A stretch of DNA of 64,000 bases. Origin: an uncultured Chitinophagaceae bacterium. Its GTDB lineage: Bacteria > Bacteroidota > Bacteroidia > Chitinophagales > Chitinophagaceae. The translations under genes were made by a program, and so were the position numbers. Where the stretch lies: positions 150,541 through 214,540 of the forward strand of contig CAMTVJ010000004.1 of the NCBI GenBank assembly GCA_947085175.1, read 5' to 3'. The notes beneath the pieces were generated by a model, which saw nothing but the letters and a program-made list of their open reading frames with translations, did no database searches and was not told where the DNA came from. Shown here one piece after another: positions 18,941 through 28,314 of the stretch. Position 1 is the stretch's first letter, and every line of letters begins with the position of its first letter.

Positions 18941-20076
18941 AATGATTTTCCGTGTGTTTGCTTTATTAATGATTTTGTAAGGGTAGGAAATTTTTTCATT
19001 ACCCAAATAAAAAAGTTTGTGATCCAAACTTTTCCAAACAAAGCCTGTATCCACCTGCCGGCTTGTAATCTTTTACTGAATGTCGATTTCCACTGCAGTA
19101 TATACCCTGCTTCCAAACTTGCTCTTTTTATCTTTCCAGACAAAAACTCATGAATAAATCCAGAAGCAATTTTGCTGCTTTGCAATGCCATACTCATACC
19201 ATTACCACAAAGCGGTGTTATCATGCCAGCTGCATCTCCCAACATCAAAATGTGATTTTCAACCAATGTTTTTTTGTTGAATGATATTTGGGAAATAGTT
19301 ACCGGTGAATCGTATAATTTTTCACAGTTTTCAAAAATGCTTTTAAGATGGGGATTTTTTTGCAGAATATTCTTTTCCATCGCATCAATGGAATTATTGT
19401 TGGCTTTCAGGTTTTCGGCATTGGTTAAATAACATATACAATATTTATCTTCTTCAATCTTTGAAATGCCACAATAGCCGTTATCGAAATTATGCAGAGC
19501 AATGGTATCGTCTGGAAATATTGTTTTGACATGGTATTTTATGCCGATATAGTTATTGAGTTTGTTGGGCTTTTGATTAGCGAAAGGCCGGTTCCATTTT
19601 ACATCCAGGTTACTGCGTTTGCCAAAACTACCACAACATATCCGGCATATAAAATCGCCCTTTGATGTTTGTAAATGAGATTCATCATTTAAAAAGATCA
19701 CATCATTTACTTTACAATTATCAAACAGGTACACGTTATTTGTTATAGCGATTTCTTTTAGAGCTGCATCAAGTTTATACCTACTGATGCCAAAACCGCC
19801 TAATGGTAATGTTTGCTGTAATTGGTTCCCGTTGGGGGCTGTTACAATTAGTTTAGTAAGAATGGGTAATTGCATTTTAGTGAGTGAAAGGCCCAGGCTC
19901 TCTATAAAATCCCAGCTTTCAAGACTGATGTATTCGCCACAAACTTTATGAAAAGGATATTGTTCTTTTTCGAATAAGGCCACCTCATAACCAAGTTTTG
20001 CCAATTGAATGGATAAAGCCAGGCCTGCAAGGCCGCCTCCAATAATACAGGCATCATATGTTTGCCGTTCAATCAT
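18937..20076 (-). CDS. FAD-dependent oxidoreductase (aromatic hydroxylase / geranylgeranyl-reductase-like)
   Basis: 379 aa with the dinucleotide fold 'IIGGGLAGLALS...FEKE' and 'GDAAGMITPLCGNG'. Its ATG region overlaps the methyltransferase stop. Confidence 0.8.
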   Translation of the reverse strand: MIERQTYDACIIGGGLAGLALSIQLAKLGYEVALFEKEQYPFHKVCGEYISLESWDFIESLGLSLTKMQLPILTKLIVTAPNGNQLQQTLPLGGFGISRYKLDAALKEIAITNNVYLFDNCKVNDVIFLNDESHLQTSKGDFICRICCGSFGKRSNLDVKWNRPFANQKPNKLNNYIGIKYHVKTIFPDDTIALHNFDNGYCGISKIEEDKYCICYLTNAENLKANNNSIDAMEKNILQKNPHLKSIFENCEKLYDSPVTISQISFNKKTLVENHILMLGDAAGMITPLCGNGMSMALQSSKIASGFIHEFLSGKIKRASLEAGYILQWKSTFSKRLQAGRWIQALFGKVWITNFFIWVMKKFPTLTKSLIKQTHGKSF

Positions 20077-20776
20077 TACTGCAAATGATTAAATGCCGGA
20101 AAGCCCATTTCCATTTGATAGAAATATTTTTGATACTGGCTGTTTTAAAAAGATGAATCCATTCTTTTCTTTTAAATCCTCTTGCTACAGATAGCGGGGC
20201 ATCATTTTTTACCAGATAGGATCTTGAGAATAAAGCAGTGATCCATTTAATAAAGTAATAAGCCAAATGATGCCGATGAAGATCATTAATAAAAAAACCT
20301 TTTGTTGCATTTAGTTTCATCCATTGTAGCATAGAGGTTAATTCCTTTTCAGTAAAATGATGACAAAATAGTGATGAGAAAATGAAATCGGGTTTGGCAT
20401 CTCCAAAATCTACTTCCCTATAATCATTAGTGATCCAGGTAGAATTTAATGTTGCAAATTGCTCACGTGCAAAATCAATGCATTCCTTTTTAATATCAAT
20501 ACCAATAAAGTTGACACTTATCTTTTTTTTGAAACAATAGTTGTTGATGGCTTTTAAATTATCGCCACCACCACAACCAATTTCACAAATGCAGATTTGT
20601 TTTAAGTCTGCATGTTTTGTAGCCAATGCATGTACACCGGCAATGGTTATTTTATGTCCACCTAGGTATTTATTGATTGTATTCAACTCCTTCATGTTTT
20701 GCTTAATATCAATAAAAGGAATAGTTTCATTGTCCAGCAGTTCTTTCTTATATGATCTGGTTGTAAGATTAATCAT
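20069..20776 (-). CDS. class I SAM-dependent methyltransferase
   Basis: 235 aa with motif I 'ICEIGCGGGD'. Its ATG lies within the last codons of the PKS gene (8-nt overlap). Confidence 0.85.
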   Translation of the reverse strand: MINLTTRSYKKELLDNETIPFIDIKQNMKELNTINKYLGGHKITIAGVHALATKHADLKQICICEIGCGGGDNLKAINNYCFKKKISVNFIGIDIKKECIDFAREQFATLNSTWITNDYREVDFGDAKPDFIFSSLFCHHFTEKELTSMLQWMKLNATKGFFINDLHRHHLAYYFIKWITALFSRSYLVKNDAPLSVARGFKRKEWIHLFKTASIKNISIKWKWAFRHLIICSND

Positions 20777-21869
20777 AAGAAGCGATAAAAGTTTCCATGG
20801 TTAGGCCGGGGCCAAAAGCAGCCGCAAATATTTTAGATGTATGTAGCTGTTGATCTTTTTGCAGATCATCAAAAATTTTTTGTAAAACAAATAAGATGGT
20901 TGGGGAGCTCATATTGCCATAATCATTTAACGTTTGGTAGGAGTAACGCAGATAATCTTTAGGTATCGAAATGCTTTTTTCAATGGCCTCCAGAATTTTT
21001 TTTCCGCCAGGATGAATACACCAGTGTGTTATTTCTTCTTTGGAAAGAGATGCATGTTGGAGTGCTTTTTTAACTAAGCCATCAAAATCTTCCTTTACCA
21101 GGTCTGGTACATAACCGGATAACGTCATTAAAAAACCCTTTGATGAAAGTTTCCAGGACATATCATTTTTGCCTTTAAAAGCTACATCTGAAAAAAAACT
21201 GTTGATGTTGATTCCATTAGAAGGAGATTTTGCAGACTGTACAAAAACGGCAGCGCAGCCATCTGCAAATAAAAGGGTAGAAGTGATATTGTCTACTGAA
21301 ATTTCTTTTTGAAAATGCAGGGTACAAAATTCTGTACATACAATGATAACATTTGCTTTTTCATCAGCTTTGCAAATTGCATCAGCTAGCTTTAGAGCAT
21401 GAATGGCTGCATAGCAACCCATAAAATTAATTGAAGTACGGAAAATATTTCTGGGCAAATTCATTTTCTCCATAATTTCCAGGTCAAGTCCCGGGGCACT
21501 CATACCTGTACAACTTACAGTTATTAAATGCGTCAATTCATCTTTAGTGATTTTTTCTTTTATACATTTTTCTATTGTTGTTACAGAAATATCTGCAGCA
21601 TTGTTGGCATACCATTGCATTCTTTTTTCCAAGGAGGGAAATGGTTCAAGATCGGCTGATGTAGAGTAAAATTGTCTGTTAGCAGCAGCTAAGCTATAGT
21701 CTGGTATAATGGAATACCTGGTTTGAATACCACTATGCCGGTATAAGAATTTTAATTTACGGCTTTCGGTTGCATCATTACAATAAATTTTATCTGCAAA
21801 ATCTGCGATAGCATTTTGTTCATGTTGATGGGATGGCACTTCGGTTGCTATGGAAATTATCTTGCTCAA
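20769..21869 (-). CDS. type III polyketide synthase (chalcone/stilbene synthase superfamily)
   Basis: 366 aa. Cys in 'VSCTGMSAPGLD', His in 'WCIHPGGKKIL', Asn in 'YGNMSSPTILF', and C-terminal 'AFGPGLT'. The TTG start shares TTGA with the UbiA stop. Confidence 0.9.
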   Translation of the reverse strand: MSKIISIATEVPSHQHEQNAIADFADKIYCNDATESRKLKFLYRHSGIQTRYSIIPDYSLAAANRQFYSTSADLEPFPSLEKRMQWYANNAADISVTTIEKCIKEKITKDELTHLITVSCTGMSAPGLDLEIMEKMNLPRNIFRTSINFMGCYAAIHALKLADAICKADEKANVIIVCTEFCTLHFQKEISVDNITSTLLFADGCAAVFVQSAKSPSNGININSFFSDVAFKGKNDMSWKLSSKGFLMTLSGYVPDLVKEDFDGLVKKALQHASLSKEEITHWCIHPGGKKILEAIEKSISIPKDYLRYSYQTLNDYGNMSSPTILFVLQKIFDDLQKDQQLHTSKIFAAAFGPGLTMETFIASYD

Positions 21870-22672
21870 TATTTTTCAAGTATTAATAAAGTTATAAACG
21901 CACAATTACTGCAAAAGGATGCTAACATGTTCATGCGCATGGTGTTTTTATAATTTGCTGATTCAGTATTTGTAATTACTTTTTTAAACCACCATAAAAA
22001 AAAGATAAGTATTGGAATAAAAAAAATCTGTATAATATAAAAGTTAATTTGTTGTAAACCTAGGATCAGGTAAAAGCCTAGGCTGCACATGGCAAATACA
22101 TATACTATGGCAGTAAAAATAAAAGTGCCTTTATAACCCAACAAACTGCTAAGTGATATAACTCCATCTGCTTTGTCCTGTTTGTGCTGATAAATTTGCG
22201 TTAATGGATAAAAACTTCCAATCAGCAGAATGGCTGTAAGCATTCCGATTACCGGAACATTAATTATTTTTTCAATACTACTGCCATGCATCACCAAAAA
22301 AAAAGTTAAACCTCCCTGAATGAGAACAACGGTTAAATAGCCGATCACCGGATATTTTTTTAACCTGATGCCCCTGTAACTGTAGGCACGTGAAGCAAGT
22401 ATATAACAAAGGATACCAATAAGGAAATACAAACTGATAAAGCAGCTGAGTATTATGGCAATTACGTCTAATATTACAGTGATATAGAATAATTGTTTAG
22501 TTGGTTGCATTGGATCCTTAATACCTCCAATGCTGTCCGTATCTCTGTCCATATAACTGTTATAACCGTTGCTGGCCGGGTAAACCAATATATGCAGAAT
22601 GCAAAATATTAATATTGTATGTTGCACATGTATAGCTATAGTTTGGCTTAAAGCAAACCAGTAAATGGGCAT
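21866..22672 (-). CDS. UbiA-family aromatic prenyltransferase
   Basis: Polytopic, with the 'NGYNSYMDRDTD' (NxxxDxxxD) motif. The frame stays open for 20 more codons upstream ('YFLIKTSTIQLLRFHFSFFL') without an ATG/GTG/TTG, so the true start is uncertain. Confidence 0.8.
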   Translation of the reverse strand: MPIYWFALSQTIAIHVQHTILIFCILHILVYPASNGYNSYMDRDTDSIGGIKDPMQPTKQLFYITVILDVIAIILSCFISLYFLIGILCYILASRAYSYRGIRLKKYPVIGYLTVVLIQGGLTFFLVMHGSSIEKIINVPVIGMLTAILLIGSFYPLTQIYQHKQDKADGVISLSSLLGYKGTFIFTAIVYVFAMCSLGFYLILGLQQINFYIIQIFFIPILIFFLWWFKKVITNTESANYKNTMRMNMLASFCSNCAFITLLILEKY

Positions 22673-22936
22673 TAGAAAAAAAGAAAAATGAAACCGTAAT
22701 AGTTGTATCGTTGAAGTCTTAATCAGAAAATACTATTTGTTTAAAAGTACAATCTTATTTAGTAATGTTTTAAACCCTTCTGTAATTAATTACGTATATA
22801 GAAAATATAAGTTAAATTAATGTAAAAATAATTTAAGTAAAAAATTTGGGTAGGGGTTGCTTTTGATGCCATTAGTATTGGCGTAACGTTAACTTAAAAA
22901 AATTAAAGAAAGATAGATTTTAATTATATTTAGTAT

Positions 22937-23482
22937 ATGAAAAAAATAGTCACCTTAATTGTTCCTTTTTTAATATTTACTAATTTTATAACAGCACAAA
23001 CAACTTATACGCCTGTTGATGCTGATAGTAAAGTTCATTTTGTAATCAGAAATTTTGGTATTAAAACCGGTGGAGATTTTTCGGGCCTTAAAGGCAGTAT
23101 TCATTTTAATCCTACTGATTTAAATGCATCTTCTTTTAATGTTACGGTTGATGCCAAAACAATTGATACGGATAATTCCTCTAGGGATGGCCATCTTCGC
23201 AAGGCAGATTACTTTGATGTTGACAAATTTAATACTATACAATTTAAAAGTACTAAAATCACCAAATCTACAATCGAAGGCAGGTTTTACATTTTCGCAA
23301 ACCTTACCATAAAAGGAATAACCAAACCTGTTGAATTTGCATTTGCTGCAACTCCTAAAGATGGAGGTTTTGTTTTTAATGGAGAGTTTGACATTAATCG
23401 CCGTGATTTTGGAGTTGGCGGAAGCAGTATCAGCATATCTGATAATTTAACGGTTTCACTTTCTGTGGTTACCAAAAAATAA
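22937..23482 (+). CDS. YceI-family (polyisoprenoid-binding) periplasmic protein
   Basis: 181 aa with a signal peptide. 'NSSRDGHLRKADYFDV' and the lipocalin-like beta pattern are typical of YceI. Confidence 0.8.
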   Translation: MKKIVTLIVPFLIFTNFITAQTTYTPVDADSKVHFVIRNFGIKTGGDFSGLKGSIHFNPTDLNASSFNVTVDAKTIDTDNSSRDGHLRKADYFDVDKFNTIQFKSTKITKSTIEGRFYIFANLTIKGITKPVEFAFAATPKDGGFVFNGEFDINRRDFGVGGSSISISDNLTVSLSVVTKK

Positions 23483-23542
23483 AATACTGTTTAGACGCTT
23501 TGATCATCAGCTTTCCATTTCAATAGCCTTTATCTTTGTTTG

Positions 23543-24202
23543 ATGCCAAAATTATTACAGGTTTTCTTTTGGGGATTACTCATTAGTTTTTTAGGAACGC
23601 TGCCCATGGGTACGCTCAATGTAGCGGCCATGCAAATAGGTATTCAGGAATCGGTTAAACAAGCTTTGTATTTTGTTTTTGGCTCTTTGTTGGTGGAAAT
23701 GATTTATGTACGCTTGTCGCTGGTAGGGGTTGATTGGATACGTAAGCAGGAAAAACTGATGAAGGCAATGGAATGGATAACTCTTGCCATCATTGTTGCA
23801 TTGGCTGTTGGTAGTTTTTGGGCAGCATCCAAAGAAGGAGACGATGCAAAAAATGTTTTTTTACAAAATAATATGCACAGGTTTTTATTGGGTATGACCA
23901 TGTGTGCTATCAACCCGGTTCAAATACCTTTTTGGTTTGGATGGAGTACTGTGTTGTTTACTAAAAAAATATTACTGCCAATAAAAAGTCATTATAATAT
24001 TTACATTGTAGGTATTGGATTAGGAACATTGTTGGGTAATTGTATTTTTATATTTGGTGGTAGATGGGCTGCAGATCGTATCAATAATAGTCAACAATAC
24101 ATTAACTGGGTAATTGGGGGGATATTTGCCATCACCGCCTTAATTATGTTTTTTAAGATGTTGAAAAATAGAGATGCGGTTTCAAAATTCATTAAACCAT
24201 AA
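23543..24202 (+). CDS. LysE/RhtB-type exporter-like membrane protein
   Basis: About 219 aa with 5-6 TM segments and a LysE-like N-terminus 'LISFLGTLPMGTLN'. The track start is TTG 23540; an ATG follows at 23543. Confidence 0.6.
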   Translation: MPKLLQVFFWGLLISFLGTLPMGTLNVAAMQIGIQESVKQALYFVFGSLLVEMIYVRLSLVGVDWIRKQEKLMKAMEWITLAIIVALAVGSFWAASKEGDDAKNVFLQNNMHRFLLGMTMCAINPVQIPFWFGWSTVLFTKKILLPIKSHYNIYIVGIGLGTLLGNCIFIFGGRWAADRINNSQQYINWVIGGIFAITALIMFFKMLKNRDAVSKFIKP

Positions 24203-25565
24203 AATACATCTATTGTTATATGCTATTGTAGATATCGAAACAACAGGAGGTTATGCCTCGGCAAATGGGATTACTGAAATTTCTGTTTTTATACATAATG
24301 GTGAGCGGGTAGTTAAGCATTTTGAAACACTGATTAATCCTCAACAATATATTCCCCAACACATAACGGCTTTAACTGGCATTGACAATTCAATGGTGGA
24401 AAATGCCCCAACTTTTGATGAGATCGCTGATGTGCTGTATGATTTGTTGAATGAAGTTGTTTTTGTAGCCCACAATGTAAATTTTGATTACTCCTTTATT
24501 AAACAAGCTTTTAAAAATTCGGGATACGATTTTAATAGTGCTAAACTTTGTACAGTAAGATTGGGAAGAAAAGTTTTTCCAGGATTGCCATCCTACAGTC
24601 TTGGTAATTTATGCAGGGCATTGGATGTGAAAATAGAAAGCAGGCATAGGGCGGGAGGAGATGCTAAAGCCACTGTAAAGCTATTTGAATTGATGTTGGC
24701 AAATGAAGGACAGGTACATATTGATCAGATGTTAAAAAAAACTTCGTCAGAACAATGGCTACCACTGCATCTCGAAAAAAATGTTATTGATAAGCTCCCC
24801 TCAAAACCGGGGGTGTATTATTTTCATAATAACAAAGACAAAGTGATTTATGTTGGAAAAGCCATCAACATAAAAAAAAGGGTGAGCAGTCATTTTACCC
24901 ATAACGATCCTGATAAAAAAAGACAAAATTTCATTCAAAATATTTTTAAGATTTCTTATAAGCAATGTTCCACCGAACTGGAAGCACTAGTTTTTGAAAG
25001 CACAGAGATTAAAAGGCTTTGGCCTAAATACAATAGCAGCCAAAAGCAACCGGTTCAAAAGTTTGCACTATACAGTTTTGAAGATGCAAGAGGGTATATA
25101 AGACTAGCAATAGATAAAAAGAAAAAGACCATTCCTTATTTGTATTCTTTTAATCTTTTGCATGAAGGGCTAGTGCTGCTTAAAAGAATGATTGAAGAAT
25201 TTGAACTGGATGCCAGACTTTGTTTTATAGATAAAACGCCTTTTACTAAAGCTGAAGATGATGCACTTGATCCTCCTATTATTTACAACGGACGAATTAA
25301 AAATGCACTGGATGCTTTGGAAGAAAAATTGCCCAGTTTTGTGCTGTTGGATGATGGGATATCTAAAGACGATAAATTATGTTTGTTGATTGAAAGAGGA
25401 AGCTTTTGGGGGATGGGATATATTCCCAAAAAAATGAAGATTGCATCAGCGATGGATTTGAAAAATTATCTAAATCCATATACCGATAATGATTATATAC
25501 GTAACAGTATTTATGCATTTGCAGAAACTCATCCCGAAAAAAGATTCTCCTTAAATCAGCATTAA
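24174..25565 (+). CDS. DEDDh 3'-5' exonuclease (DnaQ-like) fused to a GIY-YIG (Cho/UvrC-N-like) nuclease domain
   Basis: 'AIVDIETTGG' (Exo I), 'VAHNVNFDYSF' (Exo II), 'HRAGGDA' (Exo III), then 'PGVYYFHNNKDKVIYVGKAINIKKR' (GIY-YIG). Overlaps the preceding gene by 29 nt. Confidence 0.85.
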   Translation: MRFQNSLNHKIHLLLYAIVDIETTGGYASANGITEISVFIHNGERVVKHFETLINPQQYIPQHITALTGIDNSMVENAPTFDEIADVLYDLLNEVVFVAHNVNFDYSFIKQAFKNSGYDFNSAKLCTVRLGRKVFPGLPSYSLGNLCRALDVKIESRHRAGGDAKATVKLFELMLANEGQVHIDQMLKKTSSEQWLPLHLEKNVIDKLPSKPGVYYFHNNKDKVIYVGKAINIKKRVSSHFTHNDPDKKRQNFIQNIFKISYKQCSTELEALVFESTEIKRLWPKYNSSQKQPVQKFALYSFEDARGYIRLAIDKKKKTIPYLYSFNLLHEGLVLLKRMIEEFELDARLCFIDKTPFTKAEDDALDPPIIYNGRIKNALDALEEKLPSFVLLDDGISKDDKLCLLIERGSFWGMGYIPKKMKIASAMDLKNYLNPYTDNDYIRNSIYAFAETHPEKRFSLNQH

Positions 25566-26059
25566 TGTGCTTCAAAAAATTTGGCAACCCCAAATGCTGC
25601 AGCCCCTGCCAATGCACCAATCATCATTACTTTAATAGCGCCCCACCATGCATCTATTCCTGTCATTTTGTTTTTAATAAATCCAAAAACAAATAAGCAA
25701 ACAAGAGTAGCAATGATGGAATAACTTAACGCTTCGTTAGAATCAGCAATAAAAAAATAAGGGCTTAAAGGAATTATTCCTCCCACCACATCAGAAAGCC
25801 CAATATTGAGTGCACTGTTTGTAGCTCTTTTTGGATTTGATTTATCCAATCCCAATTCATATTTCATCATAAACTCCACCCATCTGTCTTTATCTTTTGC
25901 AATTTCATCTGAGGCCTGAATTTGGATAGCTTCACTTAATCCTGCTGCTAAAGCAAAATGGAACTGTTAAGCCGTCGCTCATACCTATAACACATCTCTT
26001 AAAAAGTCGGAACTTTTTAAATGGGATTCAATATGATCATGATGAAGATGTGTATCCAT
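25562..26059 (-). pseudogene. decayed VIT1/CCC1-family (iron/manganese transporter) gene
   Basis: ATG 26059 opens 'MDTHLHHDHIESHLKSSDFLRDV', then three in-frame stops follow (25967-25987). The family signature 'VIGMSDGLTVPF' is readable only in another frame. The original frame resumes with 'ALAAGLSEAIQ...' and continues into the 105-aa ORF 25562-25879. Confidence 0.7.
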
Positions 26060-26061
26060 TT

Positions 26062-27297
26062 TTAAGCTAATTTTTGTAAACTTTTATGGATAATTTCCAC
26101 ACATTCCAATATCTGTTCCTTAGTAATTGACAATGGTGGTGCAAATCTAATCTTATCGCCATGAGTTGGTTTTGCCAACAAACCATTTTCCTTTAAGGAT
26201 AAGCATAATTCCCAGGCGGCATTTGGGTTGCTGTGTTTTATCACAATAGCATTTAGTAAACCCAATCCTCTAATCGTTGTGATAAAAGGAGAATTTAGTT
26301 TGGCCAATTCACTTCGTAATAAAATGCCCATAGCTTCGGCATTGGCTGCCATATTTTCGTCTTTCAAAACTTGCAGGGCAGCCATGGCTACTGTGCATGC
26401 CAACGGATTACCACCATAAGTACTGCCATGTTCTCCAGGTTTTATGGTTATCATAATGGCATCGTCACTTAAAACAGCACTTATTGGTAAAACACCTCCA
26501 CTTAAGGCTTTGCCTAATATCAAAATATCGGGACGAACATTTTCATGATCACAAGCCAGCATCTTTCCAGTTCTTGCCAAACCGCATTGTATCTCATCGG
26601 CCACCATCAATACATTGTACTCAGTACATAAAGCCCTTACTCCGGTAAAATATCCTTTATCTGGTAATACTACGCCAGCTTCACCTTGAATGGGCTCAAA
26701 TAAAAAAGCTGCTATGTTCTTATTTTGAAAGGCTTTTTCCAATGCAACTAAATCATTGTGGGGGATCGATTCGTACCCTGAATTAAAAGGGCCATAATTA
26801 GTTTTGGCTATAGGATCGCTACTGAATGAAATCACATTAATGGTTCTACCATGAAAGTTATTATCACATACCAGAATTTTTGCCTGATCTTTTTCAATAC
26901 CTTTTACTTCATAAGCCCATTTACGGGAAAGTTTTAAAGCGGTTTCTACTGCTTCTACTCCCGAGTTCATGGGTAATACTTTGTCATAGCCAAAATAGGT
27001 TGTTATATATTTTTCATACTCCCCTAATTTGTCGCTATGAAAAGCACGGGAGGTAAGGGTAAGTTTTTGTGCCTGTTCAATTAACGTAGCAATAATCTTT
27101 GGATGACAATGACCTTGGTTTACTGCAGAATAGCCACTTAGGAAATCGAAATACCTTTTCCCATCTACATCGTATACAAAAACACCTTCGCCACGGTTTA
27201 ACACTACTGGTAGAGGGTGATAATTATGAGCACCATATTTTTTTTCTAGATCTATAAAATATTGGGTACTGGCTGATGTATTAATAGTTGAGTTCAT
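26062..27297 (-). CDS. rocD: ornithine--oxo-acid aminotransferase
   Basis: 411-aa class-III aminotransferase. '[11 protein letters not shown]' and the PLP-lysine context '[11 protein letters not shown]' are typical of OAT. Confidence 0.88.
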   Translation of the reverse strand: MNSTINTSASTQYFIDLEKKYGAHNYHPLPVVLNRGEGVFVYDVDGKRYFDFLSGYSAVNQGHCHPKIIATLIEQAQKLTLTSRAFHSDKLGEYEKYITTYFGYDKVLPMNSGVEAVETALKLSRKWAYEVKGIEKDQAKILVCDNNFHGRTINVISFSSDPIAKTNYGPFNSGYESIPHNDLVALEKAFQNKNIAAFLFEPIQGEAGVVLPDKGYFTGVRALCTEYNVLMVADEIQCGLARTGKMLACDHENVRPDILILGKALSGGVLPISAVLSDDAIMITIKPGEHGSTYGGNPLACTVAMAALQVLKDENMAANAEAMGILLRSELAKLNSPFITTIRGLGLLNAIVIKHSNPNAAWELCLSLKENGLLAKPTHGDKIRFAPPLSITKEQILECVEIIHKSLQKLA

Positions 27298-27483
27298 TGT
27301 AATGAATTTGAAATGTTGAAGTTGGAAACTGTAAAAACTGAAATAGATGATTGCACCCTTCGCTTTTGGCGAAAGGTTAAACAGGACTTATCCTCAATGA
27401 TTGAGTAAATCGAGATTGCTGTGTAAAAAAGACGGTATGTTGTACAGCTTGTTGATGTGAATAATTTTAAGGCAAGTTAAAAA

Positions 27484-28305
27484 CTAATTAACGATTTTCA
27501 TAAAATAGTTCTTGTTGAAGTTGAGTATTGGGTTTTGCTGTTTGTCAAAAATGCCAAAAACTGTACTTCCACTTCCACTTAGGGAGGCATACAAAGCCCC
27601 TTGCTGATAAAACGATTCTTTGATGCTTTTTATTGGTGGATGAGAATTAAATATTGGCGTTTCAAAATCATTCAACAACTGATCTTTCCAATTAATGATG
27701 GGTTGCATAACAATTTCTTTGATGGATTGTGAAGGGTTGGAGGGATTAATTTTAGAAAATGCCCAACCAGTATTGATGTGAATGCCAGGATTAATTAATA
27801 CAATGGTATAATTCGAAAGGTCAATGCTAATAGGTTCCAATAATTCACCTCTTCCTGAAGCAATACATGGTTTGTTTTGGATAAAGAAAGGGCAGTCGCT
27901 GCCAAGTTGAATAGCATAGTTCAATAGTTGACCATGCGAAAGGCATAAATTAAATTTATCATTCAGCATTTTTAACACAAAACTGGCATTGGAAGAACCG
28001 CCTCCAAGTCCTGCACCCATTGGTATTACTTTATGTAAATGCATTTTTACATTTGGCAAATGCGGAAAATCATTCTTTAATAGATGATATGCTTTACTGC
28101 AAAGATTATCTTCTTCTTCTACATCAATCATTAAGCCACTGGATATAAATTCAACAGGTTTAGTGCCATGTGGGTTTGAAATTAGTTCAAGTATATCTGT
28201 AAATGGAATTGGGTAAAACAAGGATTCAATATCATGAAATCCATCTTCCCGCTTGCGGAGAATAGAAAGCCCCAGGTTTATTTTACAGTAGGGAAAGACT
28301 ATCAT
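27484..28305 (-). CDS. ispE: 4-(cytidine 5'-diphospho)-2-C-methyl-D-erythritol kinase
   Basis: 273-aa GHMP kinase with motif 'PMGAGLGGGSSNA' and N-terminal 'KINLGLSI'. Confidence 0.88.
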   Translation of the reverse strand: MIVFPYCKINLGLSILRKREDGFHDIESLFYPIPFTDILELISNPHGTKPVEFISSGLMIDVEEEDNLCSKAYHLLKNDFPHLPNVKMHLHKVIPMGAGLGGGSSNASFVLKMLNDKFNLCLSHGQLLNYAIQLGSDCPFFIQNKPCIASGRGELLEPISIDLSNYTIVLINPGIHINTGWAFSKINPSNPSQSIKEIVMQPIINWKDQLLNDFETPIFNSHPPIKSIKESFYQQGALYASLSGSGSTVFGIFDKQQNPILNFNKNYFMKIVN

Positions 28306-28314
28306 ATTAAAAAC

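Noticed and set aside
23531-23538. A further exact TATCTTTG octamer on the plus strand.
   Set aside because: It ends only 4 nt before the ATG of the LysE-like gene, so it is too close to serve as that gene's -7 box unless the mRNA is leaderless and starts inside the ORF. It is probably a chance match.
27357-27376. Imperfect hairpin (ccttcgc-ttttg-gcgaaagg) in the 186-nt ispE-rocD spacer, considered as a leader, riboswitch or attenuator for rocD.
   Set aside because: The stem is short and imperfect, no adjacent U-run is in the right orientation, and it resembles no known riboswitch core.
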